Shown here: positions 1 through 13,213 of the stretch, one piece after another
Numbering within the stretch: the stretch's first letter is position 1
Layout of the letters: every line of letters starts with the position of its first letter
Source: Entomortierella parvispora E1425
Lineage: Eukaryota > Fungi > Mortierellomycota
Length of the DNA: 64,000 bases
Reading direction: 5' to 3'
Assembly (NCBI GenBank): GCA_020891255.1
Contig: BQFW01000003.1
Coordinates: 496,001-560,000, forward strand
Program-made: the position numbers and the translations under genes
The notes under the pieces: model-generated
Seen by the model: the letters and a program-made list of their open reading frames with translations, nothing else
Databases searched by the model: none
What the model was told of the DNA's origin: nothing

Positions 1-2716
1 TTTTGAACAAGATTGTTCTCGTTCACTTGAAGAACAACAGAGACAAGTTCAACCTTTTAATGTAAGTGTAGATCATATAAGGGGTGGATCTCGGCAGTTT
101 TTGTACCATGCTGATTACTCATGCTCTTCCTTTTGTCAATTTCAGCTTCATGATCCGCAAGGTTTATGCTTTGGTCGCTGGCGAGTGCTCACCAGATAAC
201 CCAGATTCTCCTCAGCACCAGGAAGTTTTGTTGGGAGGGCATTTGTATGGATCCATCATCAAGGAGAAGATTGAGGATTGGTTGAACGGCATCAAGGCAC
301 AGATTACCCAGGATGTCCGTCGCAAGGTCGCTGGTGTTGATTTCCTCAACAGTAAGTTGGATCGTCAATGTGAAAATCTTACGTTTTCATCAACAGTTGA
401 AACGGTTGCTAATGGATACCCATGCTTTTTAATAGACCAATACTTCACAAAGACTCTTTTGAAGACGAGTGGACTTCAGGATATTGGACAAAAGATGTCC
501 TACTTCCTCGCCACCGGAAACCTGGTGTCCAACACTGGTCTGGATTTGCAGCAAGCCACCGGTTACACTATTGTTGCCGAGAAGTTGAACTTTTACCGTT
601 TCTTGGCCCATTTCCGTTGTATCCATCGTGGTTCTTTCTTCGCCGAATTGAAGACGACCACTGTTCGTAAATTGCTTCCCGAAGCCTGGGGATTCCTCTG
701 CCCTGTTCACACACCCGATGGTTCCCCTTGTGGTCTTCTGAACCATTTGTCACATACCTGCAAGGTCATTACGCAGCCTGCTGATGTTTCCCGACTTCCA
801 AACATCTTGGCCTCCCTCGGAGTTTCCCAGACACTCGTCCCCGCTCGTGGACAAAAGACAGTTGTCGTGCAGCTTGACGGTCGTATCGTCGGATACTGTT
901 CCTCCGACGAGGCAAAGAAGGTGGCTGACGCCCTTCGTCACTACAAGGTCTCTGGTGCTCATCAGGGAGCTATCCCTCTAGATGTTGAGTTGGGTTATGT
1001 TCCAGTTTCTCACGGTGGTCAATACCCTGGTCTCTACATCTTCTCAACTCCTGCTCGTATGATGCGTCCTGTGCGTTATCTTGCCAATGGCAAGACGGAT
1101 ATGGTCGGTTCGTTTGAGCAAGTCTACATGGAAATTGCCTGCATGGATGATGAGATCCGCCCTGGCGAGAGCACCCATCAGGAGCTTGCCCCCACCAGCA
1201 TGTTGAGTATCATTGCCAACTTGACCCCCTTCTCCGACTTTAACCAGTCTCCCCGTAACATGTACCAGTGTCAGATGGGTAAGCAGGCCATGGGAACCCC
1301 CGCCACTGCACTCAAGTACCGTACCGACAACAAGATGTACCGCCTTCAGACTGGACAGACCCCTATTGTTCGCCCTGCACTCCATAACACTTATGGAATG
1401 GACGGTTTCCCCAACGGTATGAACGCTGTGGTCGCTGTTATCTCCTACACTGGTTACGATATGGAGGATGCCATGATCTTGAACAAGTCCTCGCACGAGC
1501 GTGGATTCGGATATGGTACCATTTACAAGTCTGAGATCGTGGATTTGGGAGATCTGAGAATCCGTGGTGAGGCCGTTCTTCACCATTTCGGAATGGGTCT
1601 TGATGCTCCTCGTTCCTGGAGAGAGAAGTTGGATAAGGATGGTTTGCCTTGCATTGGTGTGACTCTTAAGGAGGGCGACCCCATCTGTGCCTACATTGAC
1701 GATACTACTGGAAAGACCATGATCAAGAAGTACAAGGGTATGGAAGATGGTATTGTTGACGAGGTCCGTCTCTTGGGTTCGGACAATGGCGACTCTGAGC
1801 TTCAAAAGATCCACATCAAGCTTCGTATTACCCGTTCACCCATTATTGGAGACAAGTTCTCATCTCGTCACGGACAGAAGGGTGTCTGTTCCCAAAAGTG
1901 GCCCTCAGTCGACATGCCTTTCTCAGAGTCTGGAATCCAGCCCGATGTCATTATCAACCCTCACGCTTTCCCCTCTCGTATGACCATCGGAATGTTCGTC
2001 GAGTCTTTGGCAGGAAAGAGTGGAGCTTTGCACGGTATTGCCCAGGACGCTACTCCTTTCACCTATAACGAGACCTTCACCGCCGCAGATTACTTTGGTG
2101 ATCAGCTCAAGGCTGCTGGATACAACTACCACGGAAACGAGCCCATGTACAGTGGTATCACCGGCGAGGAGTTCAAGGTCGACATTTACCTTGGAGTAAG
2201 TATAGCACCGGGGTTTATCAATCAACAAGGACAGGATGCTGGTTGCACTGAGAACGAAACCACTAACTTTTCTTTTCATGAATGGTTCCCGTGTAGGTCG
2301 TTTACTACCAGCGTCTTCGTCACATGGTTTCTGACAAGTACCAGGTGCGTACCACTGGACCAGTCCACAACTTGACAATGCAGCCTGTCAAGGGTCGTAA
2401 GCGTGCTGGTGGTATTCGTTTCGGAGAGATGGAGCGCGATTCACTGCTTGCCCACGGAGTTTCGTACCTGTTGCAGGATCGTCTCATGAACTGCTCGGAT
2501 TACTCGATCTGCAACATCTGCACAAAGTGCGGCAGTATCACCTCACCAATCTCGACGCACGCGGTCTCATCACTATCGAACGTGCGTGAAATTGAGTGCC
2601 GAGCCTGCCAGACGAGTACGGGTATCGACCAGGTTGCGATTCCTTACGTCTTTAGATACCTTGCAACAGAGTTGATGAGCATGGGTATCAAGGTCACACT
2701 CAAGACTCAGCCATAG
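1..2716 (+). CDS. RPA135: RNA polymerase I second-largest subunit (RPA2/Rpa135), 5'-truncated by the window edge
   Basis: Motifs [54 protein letters not shown] and [11 protein letters not shown] plus a C-terminal zinc ribbon. Pol I-type sequences include [12 protein letters not shown] and PDNPD. GT-AG introns at 62-145, 352-435 and 2196-2296 join ORFs 84..2375 and 2324..2716 in frame. Confidence 0.97.
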
Positions 2717-3124
2717 ACGATTTCTTCACATTTTCCTTTTACCATTATTTTCGCACCTTACCGTAAATGAAACCCATTGCATATTTGTACCTTCAGAAAG
2801 TTTTCAGACCCCTCTGGGTGCGAGGTAGCAGCCAATGGCTCTTTGGGGATTGAGGTTGTCCACAGGGACACTGGGGGGACAGAGCGCTCTGTGGGTTTAC
2901 CACAGAAGGAAAGAAAAAAAGATAAAGAAAAAAAAAGGTTCTCTCACCCAACACACCCGCGAGCTGAGTCACAACAGAGGAAGAGGACCAAGAGCCAGGG
3001 CGGACGGACGGAGAATGCGGAGAAGGGAGGAGAAGAGAAGAGCGGCCGGTGGATCAGCGGCCTCTCTCGGGCGCAGAAGGATCAGCCAGGAGTCGATGCA
3101 TCCATCCATCTCTTTGCACTGTCC

Positions 3125-3172
3125 AATCCATCCATCCATCCATCCATCCATCCGTTTCATTCCATCCATCTC
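3125..3172. repeat. (ATCC)n microsatellite upstream of FPGS
   Basis: atccatccatccatccatccatccatcc...tccatccatc, read directly. Confidence 0.8.
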
Positions 3173-3242
3173 TTCTCTTGCTTGCCTGCCCTTCCCTCCA
3201 CCCTTTCCCCAACTAGTCCAGCCCAGCCCACCGCAGCGCGCC

Positions 3243-5761
3243 ATGTTCATAGTCCGCCAAAGGACTTTTTGCAGCCGTACCCCAGCCTTGTCCCCCTTGT
3301 CCTCCCGTCCCTCTTTGCTCGCACGCTCATTCCGCACAACGCCACCACGGTCGCTGCATCTTCTGCCTGTCCGTGACACGTGCGCCCCATCGACAACCCA
3401 CCCCTGCCTCACCCCTGCCTCTTTACCATCCTTCTTTCCCCTCTCCTCCTCTGCATCCTCGCCAGCTCGACCACGACTCTCAGTCCGGACAGCATCCTTT
3501 CGACCCGCAAGCCTCGCCCGCAATCTTTCGACCTTGCCCCAATCTCAACTGATCAGGTACCTCTCCACATTCTCTCCTTCTTTCAGAGAACAGGTTCAGA
3601 CCATAGACCACTATCCTCAACTCGACGATCGTATCAAGATATTCGCTGCGCCAATGCCTCGCTCTTACGCAGTATGTTGACGTCCACCAGATCCGTTGAT
3701 CATGCTGCCGCTCCGGGTTCAGTGGGTTGCAAGCTAAACGCGTATTGTTCTCTCCCGTAATTTGACCATTAGGATGCCGTTGACAAGCTCAACGGTCTTC
3801 AGACCAACTTTGCTGTGCTGGACGCTGTGCGGAAATCAGGAGGAAGCTCGAACAAGAATGCCATTTCAGAAATGGTTGATTTCATTGTCAGGAGCGGCTA
3901 CCAAGTAAGGCAACCGGACCCTGGCCCCTTGCAACAGTCCATGACAAAAAGAAGATAGTCTCTGGAATGGTGATCTGACTCATTTCGAACACAACTCTGC
4001 CATCGCCTCATTTTTAGCCGGAGGACTTTGACGACCTTAACATGATTCATGTCACTGGCACCAAGGGCAAGGGCTCTACCTGTGCTTTAACAGAGTCCAT
4101 CCTTCGCTCATATGAGGGCAAGAGAAAACTGAAGACTGGTAATACTGACACGAGGAAATCAAGGGGGAGGAGGGGGGCAGAAGACGAAGTACTTTAAAAG
4201 GATATTCTCCTGAAATTGTGAGATCCCTCGACTAAACGTCGTGTTGTCTGATATTCTTAGGTCTTTACACATCGCCCCATCTCATGGAGGTCAGGGAGCG
4301 GATCCGGATCGATGGAGCGCCTATTAGCAAAGAGCTTTTTGCAAAATACTTTTTCGAGATCTGGGACCGTCTCGATTCCACAGGAGTAAGCCCTTTTTTT
4401 GAAGTCGCGATAAGCATCTCGCAATTGCGTGACCAAGATGCATGAGAATGTTGTTATTTTGATCTGCGTGCTTAACTCTATTTTTTTTCTTCATAAAAGG
4501 ACAAATCAAAGCCTGGTTACTTCAGATTCTTGACAGTCTTGGCCTTTCATGTGTTTAAGCAGGAGAAGGTCGATGTTGCAATTCTGGAGGTCGGCGTCGG
4601 TGGAGCTTATGACTCAACCAACATTATCAAGAACCCCGTGGTCTGCGGTATCGCCGCTCTGGGAATTGATCACGTCTCAGTTCTGGGATCTACCTTGGGT
4701 GAAATTGCATGGAACAAAGGAGGCATCTTCAAGAACAACGTGCCCGCGTTCACGTCACCCCAACCGACTGAGGGTCTCGACGTCTTGAAGAGCAGAGCAA
4801 CGGAGCTGGGGGTATGTTGACAGCCCAATTGATCTACTGGATGTATTATTCTCATTTCCAGATCTCTCATCAAATTAATTATGACCTTTTAGGCGTCTCT
4901 CCAAGTCATCCCCACAGTTCCAGAGGATATTAAAGACGTCAAGGTTGGGCTTGCAGGAAAACACCAAGTTTCCAATGCAGCCTTGGCAACGGCGTTGTGC
5001 CGAACCTGGATTGAGAAAGTACTTGGCGAAAGGATTGAAGGCGCTGGATTCTTCCCAAACGCTTTCCTCAAGGGACTGGAAAGTGCGCGCTGGCCTGGGC
5101 GTGGCCAGATCTTGGTTTGCAAGGATAAGCCCAAGATCACTTGGTTTTTTGATGGCGCCCACACTGCTGAAAGTATTCATGTCTGCGCAGATTGGTTCAA
5201 GGATGCCAGTAACGCTAACACGCATGGGTAAGAACTTGCGCAGCTACTTGAGCCTTTGTTTTCGTTACATCATACCTTACAAAGGAATCGAAATTGACTC
5301 ATTTCTGCGCGGGGTTTCTCTGTGTTGATAGTTCTGTGAAGAAGGTTTTGGTGTTCAATTGCACAGGACCAAGAGATGGCGATGCGCTCTTGGGACCTTT
5401 GGCCAAGATCCAATCAGAGGTCAAGTTTGATCAGGCTGTTTTCACTCCTGCGATTACCTTTGCTTCCAACACTTATAAGGGAGACCTCGTCAACAACAAC
5501 GCGGCGTTGGATCTGGAGCTGACCACACAAAAGACGCTGGCGAAATGTTGGGTGAAGCAAGTTGATCTGGCAGGGCGCCCAGAGGGTGAAGTCGAGACCA
5601 AGACGACAGTTTTGCCTTCGATTGAGCACACTGTCAACTGGATCGACGACTTTGTAAAGTCTGAAACGGCACAGGGGGCAGATCAGATCCAAGTTCTGGT
5701 CACTGGCAGTCTTCACCTTGTTGGAGGTGTACAGAGTGTTCTCGGGTGCGACGTGGTTTGA
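3243..5761 (+). CDS. MET7: Folylpolyglutamate synthase (FPGS). Upstream in-frame ATG 3243 adds a presequence-like extension; core start is ATG 3654
   Basis: Spliced exons give YADAVDKLNGLQTNF, IHVTGTKGKGST (P-loop), GLYTSPHLMEVRERIRI, KPGYFRF, EVGVGGAYDSTN, WPGRGQ, DGAHT and VLVTGSLHLVGG. Introns include 3672-3772 and 3904-4017. Stop TGA ends at 5761. Confidence 0.93.
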
Positions 5762-6637
5762 AGCACTTTCCCCCCATACTTTCAGCTTGTAGCCTTTGTA
5801 ACTTAACGATTCATGAGCATCTTCACGATTTCATCAAAAAAAAAAAAAAAAAAAAAAATGCAAACGTCACCGATTTTTTTGGAAAGCTGAAATGTAATTC
5901 ACGTGACCATAGGTTGCTGGCTGGCCGTGGACGCGAACAAAGAAAGCGACTGAATGGGGCCGTCCCTCTTCTTCCTGACTCGACAACACCCCACGACCCA
6001 TCCTTCGATTGTCATCTCGGCGCAGTGCATTGCTGGAGCTGCCGTACACTCACATCATCGACTCCCCGGGCCATCATCAGCTGTTCAAGGGGTTTTAATT
6101 CCATCCGAGGAGCATTTTCAACTTCAATTCATGATCCCGGACACAACTCCCACCGAGCAACACTCTTGACAAGAAGGGAAAAAAATACACTCTCTATCGT
6201 TGACCCCTCAGCCTGTCCCAGAGTAGGTGCCTATGAAACGATCAAAAATGCATACCCCTATATCCTTATACCTGTCATAGCTGCACCTACGCTGAGCATA
6301 GCGCAGCCTGGACATGCAGCACTGCCTTGGCCTTCTTCTGCTGAACCTGTGTTGGAGGGGAGGGGGGGGGGGGCAGCTCTGCCTTGGTCTAGGACCTAGA
6401 CACAGTTGTGCCTGCTCGAACACATGATGTTGTTTTAAAAAGTAACACCGAGGACCATGCAGCTTATTAATTTCAGCCTTCTCCTACACTCTGTCTGTCT
6501 ACCTTCAGAGTGCTTTTTTTAGCCAGAGCTGTTCTCCTTGCTTTGCGTACCTCTGGAAAGACTTAGACCCATATCAAGCGCCCCCCCCCCCCCTCCTCTT
6601 CCACGCCAGATAAACATACAAGTTCGATCGCCCAACA

Positions 6638-9600
6638 ATGTCAGAGTCAGTCTCCCAAGACCTGTGTTTGGTTGACAGGATCCTCGACAAAAGAATAGAC
6701 GTGGACACGGGCGAGGTGGAGTATCTGATCCGCTGGCTAGGCGCTGACCGGGACGGGAATGATTTCGAGGATTCCTGGGAGCCAGACTACAACGTCTTCG
6801 GAGAAGAGCTCGTCGAGGAATTTGAACGGATGCGGACCGCTCGGCGGTTACAATATAAGGCCAACAAAGCTGGACGGCTGTCTGTTCACTCGAGTCCAAG
6901 AGTCGATGGAGACGACCATGGTGTGCAGAGGCTTCACTCTGTACCGCCGCGGTATCATGCGCAAGTCCCGTCCTCTACGCCTGGGAGCAGCAAGACGACA
7001 ATGCATGACCATCAACAGGTACCCTCACTCCCAACGGCTGGTCAACCGCCTCATTACCCAGTTCTGTCTCGGCCTCCTCGTTCGCTTGCACCATTGCCCT
7101 CGTATCCACCTACTTCGCTGTCTCTCTATTCAAAGCCAGCGCTGGGGCGTCTTCCTTCTTCAAAGGTACCGACTCGGGATGCTACCAAAGCTCTGGAATC
7201 CACGATTGGCGAGTCCGCAACAGTAGATACAGCGGAACCTATGAATGTAGACGAGACAGATGAATCGCCTTCACAGAATGACAAACGGAAGAGAGTAAGG
7301 AACTTGAATACTCAGCCTTGTAGCAAATGTGTTTTTTTTTTTCTTTCATAGATGTATTTTTGAATCTTTTGAGTCCTAACCTCTGCGCTCTCTCGTCATT
7401 GCTCTTTTTATTTTTTATGTTTTCCTTTCATTATTAGGACGGAACTTTTCAACTGGCAAAAAGAAGTGTGATGACGAACAATGGACCAATCATTCGACCT
7501 CTCAACTTGGATTTTGACCTTGAACGATCATATTTTAAATCCGTGATTGTGAAGTCACCCCTGGTGAAGGATGCCACCATCCGGAAAGAGATGTTGATGA
7601 TCTTGAAGAATCCAGAGCAGCCAGGTATAACTCTTTTTTTTTTAATTTTTTTTTTTTTCCCACTCAGCGCTGATACGGATTTTTTTTGGTGGCTCAGCGG
7701 GCAGAGGTTCTAAACGGAGTATGCGATCTATTTTCTAGGCCTAGCAGATAATGCAACACTGAAGCGCTCAGAGACCTGGTTGATCGAGGTGAAGCGACAG
7801 CAACAACAGGACCTGGATGTCAGTCTATTTTTGGCATTGGATATTCCCAAAGGAATCGCAAAAGCCTTATTCCTGCCACAATCCATCCTCGAACGTCAAC
7901 GTCAGGACAACCCTGGGTCGGGACTTGTATTGACTGATCGAACAATCGTATCTTCCATTCTGATGGGAGACCTAGAAGGTAAACACTCAATGAGGATCGT
8001 TTCCCGAAATGTCAAGGTGGTTTCTTTCTTTCAGGTTGCTGAACTTTTCTTTCTTTTTTTTCTTTCTCTCTTTTGGGTAACTTAGGATCTGGTCTTTGTC
8101 CACCTGCAACACCAGTCCTGGAAGAGAAAACAATTATACCCGACGACACCACTACCCCAAAGCCATCGTCGCCGTCAGAGACACCGCTGGTTTCGACCCC
8201 ATCGAATGATACGACGGAGTTGGAGGAGAAACCAGAGGTCATTCTTAATGGCCACAGTGGTGATACCAACATGGAATCGCCAACACCGGAGAGTAACGGA
8301 TCAGTGGAAAGTTATTCTTGCGGATGGGAAGGATGTGGGCGTACCCTTGGAACGGCAGAAGAGCTTCAAAGTCACGTTATGGATAGTCACTTGAAGAGTC
8401 TACTGAACGGCGTCTCTTTGGCGAACCCTAAGAATACTAAGAGCATCAAGACCGAGGAAGTCAACGGAAGTCATTCAACAGCCGATCTGGATCTTACATC
8501 GGAACAGACATGGGAGATTCGGTATGAGTTGGCTCAGGACGCCTACCGGTCAATGAAGGATGAGATTAGTCAACTGAAAGGACTTGTGCAAAAGACGGAT
8601 GATCTGATCGAGAGCTCCAAATTGCTCTATACAACGGCTATTGGGTCGTCTGAGGAGACTATCAGGCGATTGGAGGCGTCGTTGGAGTGGGAAAAGAAGA
8701 AATGGAGCAAATACGTCGACGAAGTGAAGTCAAAAGGAGCCAAGGTTGAGGGCGCCCAACCTCAGCCAAGTGGCGTGGAACAGGTGCCAGAAGCCCTGGT
8801 TTTGGATCAACCGATGGAGGCTCAAGCGATGAACGCTATTCGAAGGATCGAGCGACTCTTGGAGGAGGCCAAGAAGGAGCAGGAGCAATTGGAGAAAGAT
8901 AATGCGGCACTCTATGCAAAGAAGAAAGGACTGGAGGAGGAGCTTCGAAAGGTCACTCTGCATTACGAAGAGGCTGCCGCTGAACTGTCGGAGCTCGAGT
9001 CAAAGGAACTGTCGACACTGGAGGAGCTAAAGGCTCGGAAGCTAAACATTCAAAGATACCGGAAATCAATGGAGCAAGAGCAGGAAGAGTCTCGGAAGAC
9101 TATAAAGAATCTTCAGGACACCATTGACACTTTAATGAAGGCGCCTGTCAATTCAGCCATTGTGCAGAAAGAGGATCTCCTTATCCCGCCACCGGATACT
9201 GTGGATGGCCCTGTCTTTGCCACTGCTCCTGATACGGCTCCTGCAGCGCCCACGGAGGATAACGAGGATGTCAGCATGACTTTGGCTCCAGGACCTTTGG
9301 AAGCACCCTCAACGACAATAGATACCCAGACCGCAATCGCGCAATCAATTTTTATCTCAGACGATGAAGAGCCCAAGTCTATGAATCCTGACTCTGTTGA
9401 CCTTACAGTGCCGGTACCAAACTCTTCAGTATCGACCCAACCGCCTGCGATTGAGCAGCCTGAGCCTGCCATCCCCCCTTCCGCTCCAGCGCCTTCTGAT
9501 TCCGTGTTTGCAGCCGAGGAGTTGGCTGTACCCGAAATGTCTGCGCCATTGCCTTCTATCCCAACAGGGCCTATCCCAACAACAACTGCGGCCATTCCCA

Positions 9601-10109
9601 CCACAGCATCTCTGCTTTCTCATACCGCACCCAATGCCAACGGATTCTCTTCGCCTATCATCACCCTCACGGATAGCACCTCAACACCTTCTACTGGCTT
9701 TTCTCCATTGCCGGTAACAGTCAAAGCTCCAATCCCGACCCCGTCTTATGTTCATCCACCAGAGAGATTGAGGCCACCGGAACCCAAGGTTGAATGGCAT
9801 GCACTTGAGGATCCTGAGGAGGACGAGGATCATTCGAACCCGGCGACCATGAACTTGGTGCTACCATCAACCCCAGATCTTTTGCAATTAACCAACGAGG
9901 ACTATGGGGACATTATGGATGACGAGTCTGTGGAGCGATCATCTCCTTCCTCAGCGTCCGCCTCGAACTTGACAATTGATTCGGCATCGGCGCCACTGGG
10001 AGGACTTCATCCTTCTTCAGGAATGGAAGATGGTGTGGATCCATTGGCCGGACTTTTGGGTGATCCAACGGACTTCATTGACCTCTTGACCAAGAGTCTT
10101 AACCCTTGA
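6638..10109 (+). CDS. Chromodomain protein with one C2H2 finger, a long coiled coil and a Pro/Ser/Thr-rich tail
   Basis: N-terminal LVDRILDKR...EYLIRW...SWEP chromodomain. Introns 7295-7437, 7625-7738 and 7979-8085 join ORFs 6638, 7468, 7780 and 8073 in frame. CGWEGC-x12-HVMDSH finger. E/K/L-rich heptad region. Confidence 0.8.
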
Positions 10110-10698
10110 GCGATTGATCATTACCTCGCTTCAAAATCGTTTTCTCCCTCTTCATCATTGTTTCATCGTTTTCTAAAAAAGCAGATCGTTCATTTTTTTC
10201 TTTCATTTTTTCATTTGTTCTCTTTCCCATTTCTCAACTGTACTGGACTTCTACTATTTCACTTCAATACGTTCACGCGCACGTACTCTGCACGTCTATG
10301 CATGTGCATCAGACCAACTACTTTTCCCTCCTCTCTTCCTCATCAATTTTTTTTTCACCGTTGTTCAATAGTCTTCTGCCCTGTATATTTCACTCTTTCT
10401 TTCTCTGTCTGTGCCTTTTCCATCACCATCATCCCACCCGCTGCCACTTCCTAGGGTCTGCGCTGTACACGTACAATGATTTTCCCAATAAAAGAGACAA
10501 CATACAACGCGTCGTCCATGAATGAAAGAACGTCAAGAAGAGGCAATCGTGACTGCCCCCCTGAATCAACTCCTTCCAAAAAAAAGTGGTTCGATGCATT
10601 GAGAGCCGTGGATGAGTACATGAACTCTTTGTCCGCTCCTTCTCCTCTTCTCCTCATCTTTCTCTCCTCCCCCCTTCTCTCCCATCCCCGTTCACTTG

Positions 10699-12388
10699 AT
10701 GCCTTCTTACTTTGTCTCCTCTCCAGGAAAGGTCATCCTCTTTGGCGAGCATGCCGTCGTCTACGGAAAGGTATTCAGCCCAACCATCATCAGTCCAATA
10801 AAAAGCCCCGAGACATTCAAGCTCATGCTTTTTTTTTCTTTCTTCATCTTGTACCTCGCTAGGTTGCCACGGCCGGTTCATTGGGTCTTCGTTCCTACTC
10901 TCTAATCCAAAACAGGACCGATGGCATTGTCGAAGTCAGTTTGCCTGATGTCCAACTCGCGAGATCTTGGCAGATGAAGGACATTCCACGTCAGGCACCG
11001 TGGGAAGGTAAGAGATTATCGTCAATGGAGTACTGCCTCTTCTTTGCCTCAGAATGGACGGGGGGCTGACCTGACTTTACATATAGGATTCCCATACCCT
11101 CCTGCAACTATGAACACCGAACTCCTGGCTCAGTTGACAGCCTTTGTGGATCTGGGCACCCAGACCAATCGATCCCAGGCTGCGATCGCGCTTCTTTATT
11201 TGCACTCTTATTTGACCAAGGATGACATTGCTGCGCAGGGATATGACTTTTCTGTCCGATCCAATCTCCCTGTCGGCGCTGGACTGGGATCCTCAGCCTC
11301 TTATAGCGTGTGTGTCGCCACGGCGCTGTTGAAGATCAATGGTCATTTGACAGGATTGGACACGGTGACACAGCGGGATCTTGTTAACCAGTGGGCTTTC
11401 CAGGCTGAGAAGGTCATCCATGGCAACCCCAGTGGTATTGACAACACTGTTAGTACCTTTGGAGGTGCCGTTGCATTCAAAAAGGGAGCCATTGAGCCAT
11501 TGCCTGGGTAAGTGAACAAAGAACAGAGACTTGAATGATGAGCAACTGATCAAAGCTGACCTTCCTGCCGTTCTACTATAGCTTCCAATCCTTGAGATTC
11601 CTTCTCACTAATACAAGAGTCCCAAGAGAGACTCAAGTGCAGGTGGCTAATGTTAGAAAGCTGCGCGAGAAGGTAACAACCTGCTTCCACTTTTTTCTCA
11701 GGAATACATCAACTGATAGAATGAACGACTAAATATTTCCATGGATGTTTAGTTCCCTGCCATCGTCGACCCAATGTTGGATGCCATTCAGGAGATAAGC
11801 ACATCTTGCAAGAACCTCTTTAGTCAGGAGAACCTGGACCGGGCTCAATTGCTCTCCCAGTTTGGCGTAAGAGATTTGTTTTTTGTCTCTATTTTCAGTC
11901 ATTTCAAGGGCTACTTTCGGCCGTACTGACTATCATTTCGGACAATGTTGTAGGAATTGGTCGATGTCAACCATGGACTGCTGGCGGCCCTTGGTGTTTC
12001 GCACCCCTCGCTCGAGAAAGTTCGTGAAATCTCTTCTAAACTGGGGCTCAAGTCCAAGTTGACTGGAGCCGGCGGTGGAGGCTGTGCCTTGACTTTGATC
12101 CGAGATGGTTAGTGAACATTTACTTTCCCTGGCCATCTGTTTCTCTTTTATGTTCACGGATATCTTACTCACCTTCCTTTTTCATTGCCCGGAATAGATG
12201 TTACCCCAGAGACAGTCGCAGTCGTTAAACAGTTGCTGGAAGCTGAGGGATTCTACTGCATGGAGACGAGCGTTGGAGGTCCTGGAGCTGGAATTTTGAC
12301 CCTCACGGAAGCAACGTCTATCCCAGAGTTCTTGGCCCATGACAAGGCCTATTTTGACGCCACTCAAAACTGGGCCTACTTTGTATGA
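10699..12388 (+). CDS. ERG12: Mevalonate kinase
   Basis: SSPGKVILFGEHAVVYGK, GHMP motif PVGAGLGSSAS, HGNPSGIDNTVSTFGG and SKLTGAGGGGC across several exons. Last exon is ORF 12185..12388. Confidence 0.95.
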
Positions 12389-13213
12389 TTGTTCCATCTT
12401 GAGGAAGCCGCCATCATAATATCCAATTACATATCAATACTATTAGACATAAAAAAAGCATCAGTCCCAAGAACAGCGGGCTGTTTGGAGTGGGCATCGC
12501 AGCTCTTGTCGCCGAGAACACAGGTGTAGAAAGACATCCTCTTAAGGGGTCCATGAATGTGGAAAGGACTTTACACAAGAACACAGGGCAACTGAAAACA
12601 AAACTCGTTGACTTTCCCACACTCACCCTCATTTGCCTCCACTTGCTCTCTTTCCAGCTCGAGGAGACAATTCATCCAAACCCTTCCTTTGGAAACTGTT
12701 TTTCAGTTCTTCAGTTTTTTTTTTTATTTTTGTTTAATATTTTAGTTGGATTATGGTTTTTTTGTACAAGTTTTTCTTCAGAAAGAGATAGAATGAGAAA
12801 GTGCTGAGGTGAGGGGAAAAAAACGAGGGTCTCTATCCAGGCGACTAGAGAGAACTCCTCTGAGAAACCAGATGGACTACTGAATGCTGTCCAGCTGTTT
12901 TGTTAAATACAGTCCATTTTTTTTTTCCTTTCCTTGGGTCTTGGTCAGTCATCCGAATGGTAGATGACTTCGGGCACAAGCGGGTGGGGGGGTGAGGCAA
13001 TCGATCATTTCGCAACAAAAGAGTTTTAGGGCGAAAGGCGATTGTGGGGGACGCGCAGACCTCGGTGTTACCAAGACTTGAAAGAGAATGTTGAGAGGGA
13101 GGTGGTTGAGGTTATTTCGTGTCAGAGAGGCAAACGAACAAAGAGACTTTTAGAAAGCTGGGGGGTGAAGGTGGATCAAGACCAGGGTCTCAATCCAACA
13201 ACCAAGAGTCCTT

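Noticed and set aside
352-435. Stop-free introns with length divisible by three (RPA135 352-435, XPO4 57648-57725, YME2 61851-61946)
   Set aside because: A few are expected by chance among dozens of short introns. The retained translations interrupt conserved domains and have canonical splice signals.
6357-6597. G-run and C-run about 210 bp apart as a potential inverted repeat or MITE end
   Set aside because: Complementarity is confined to homopolymer runs. There is no target-site duplication or complex terminal repeat.
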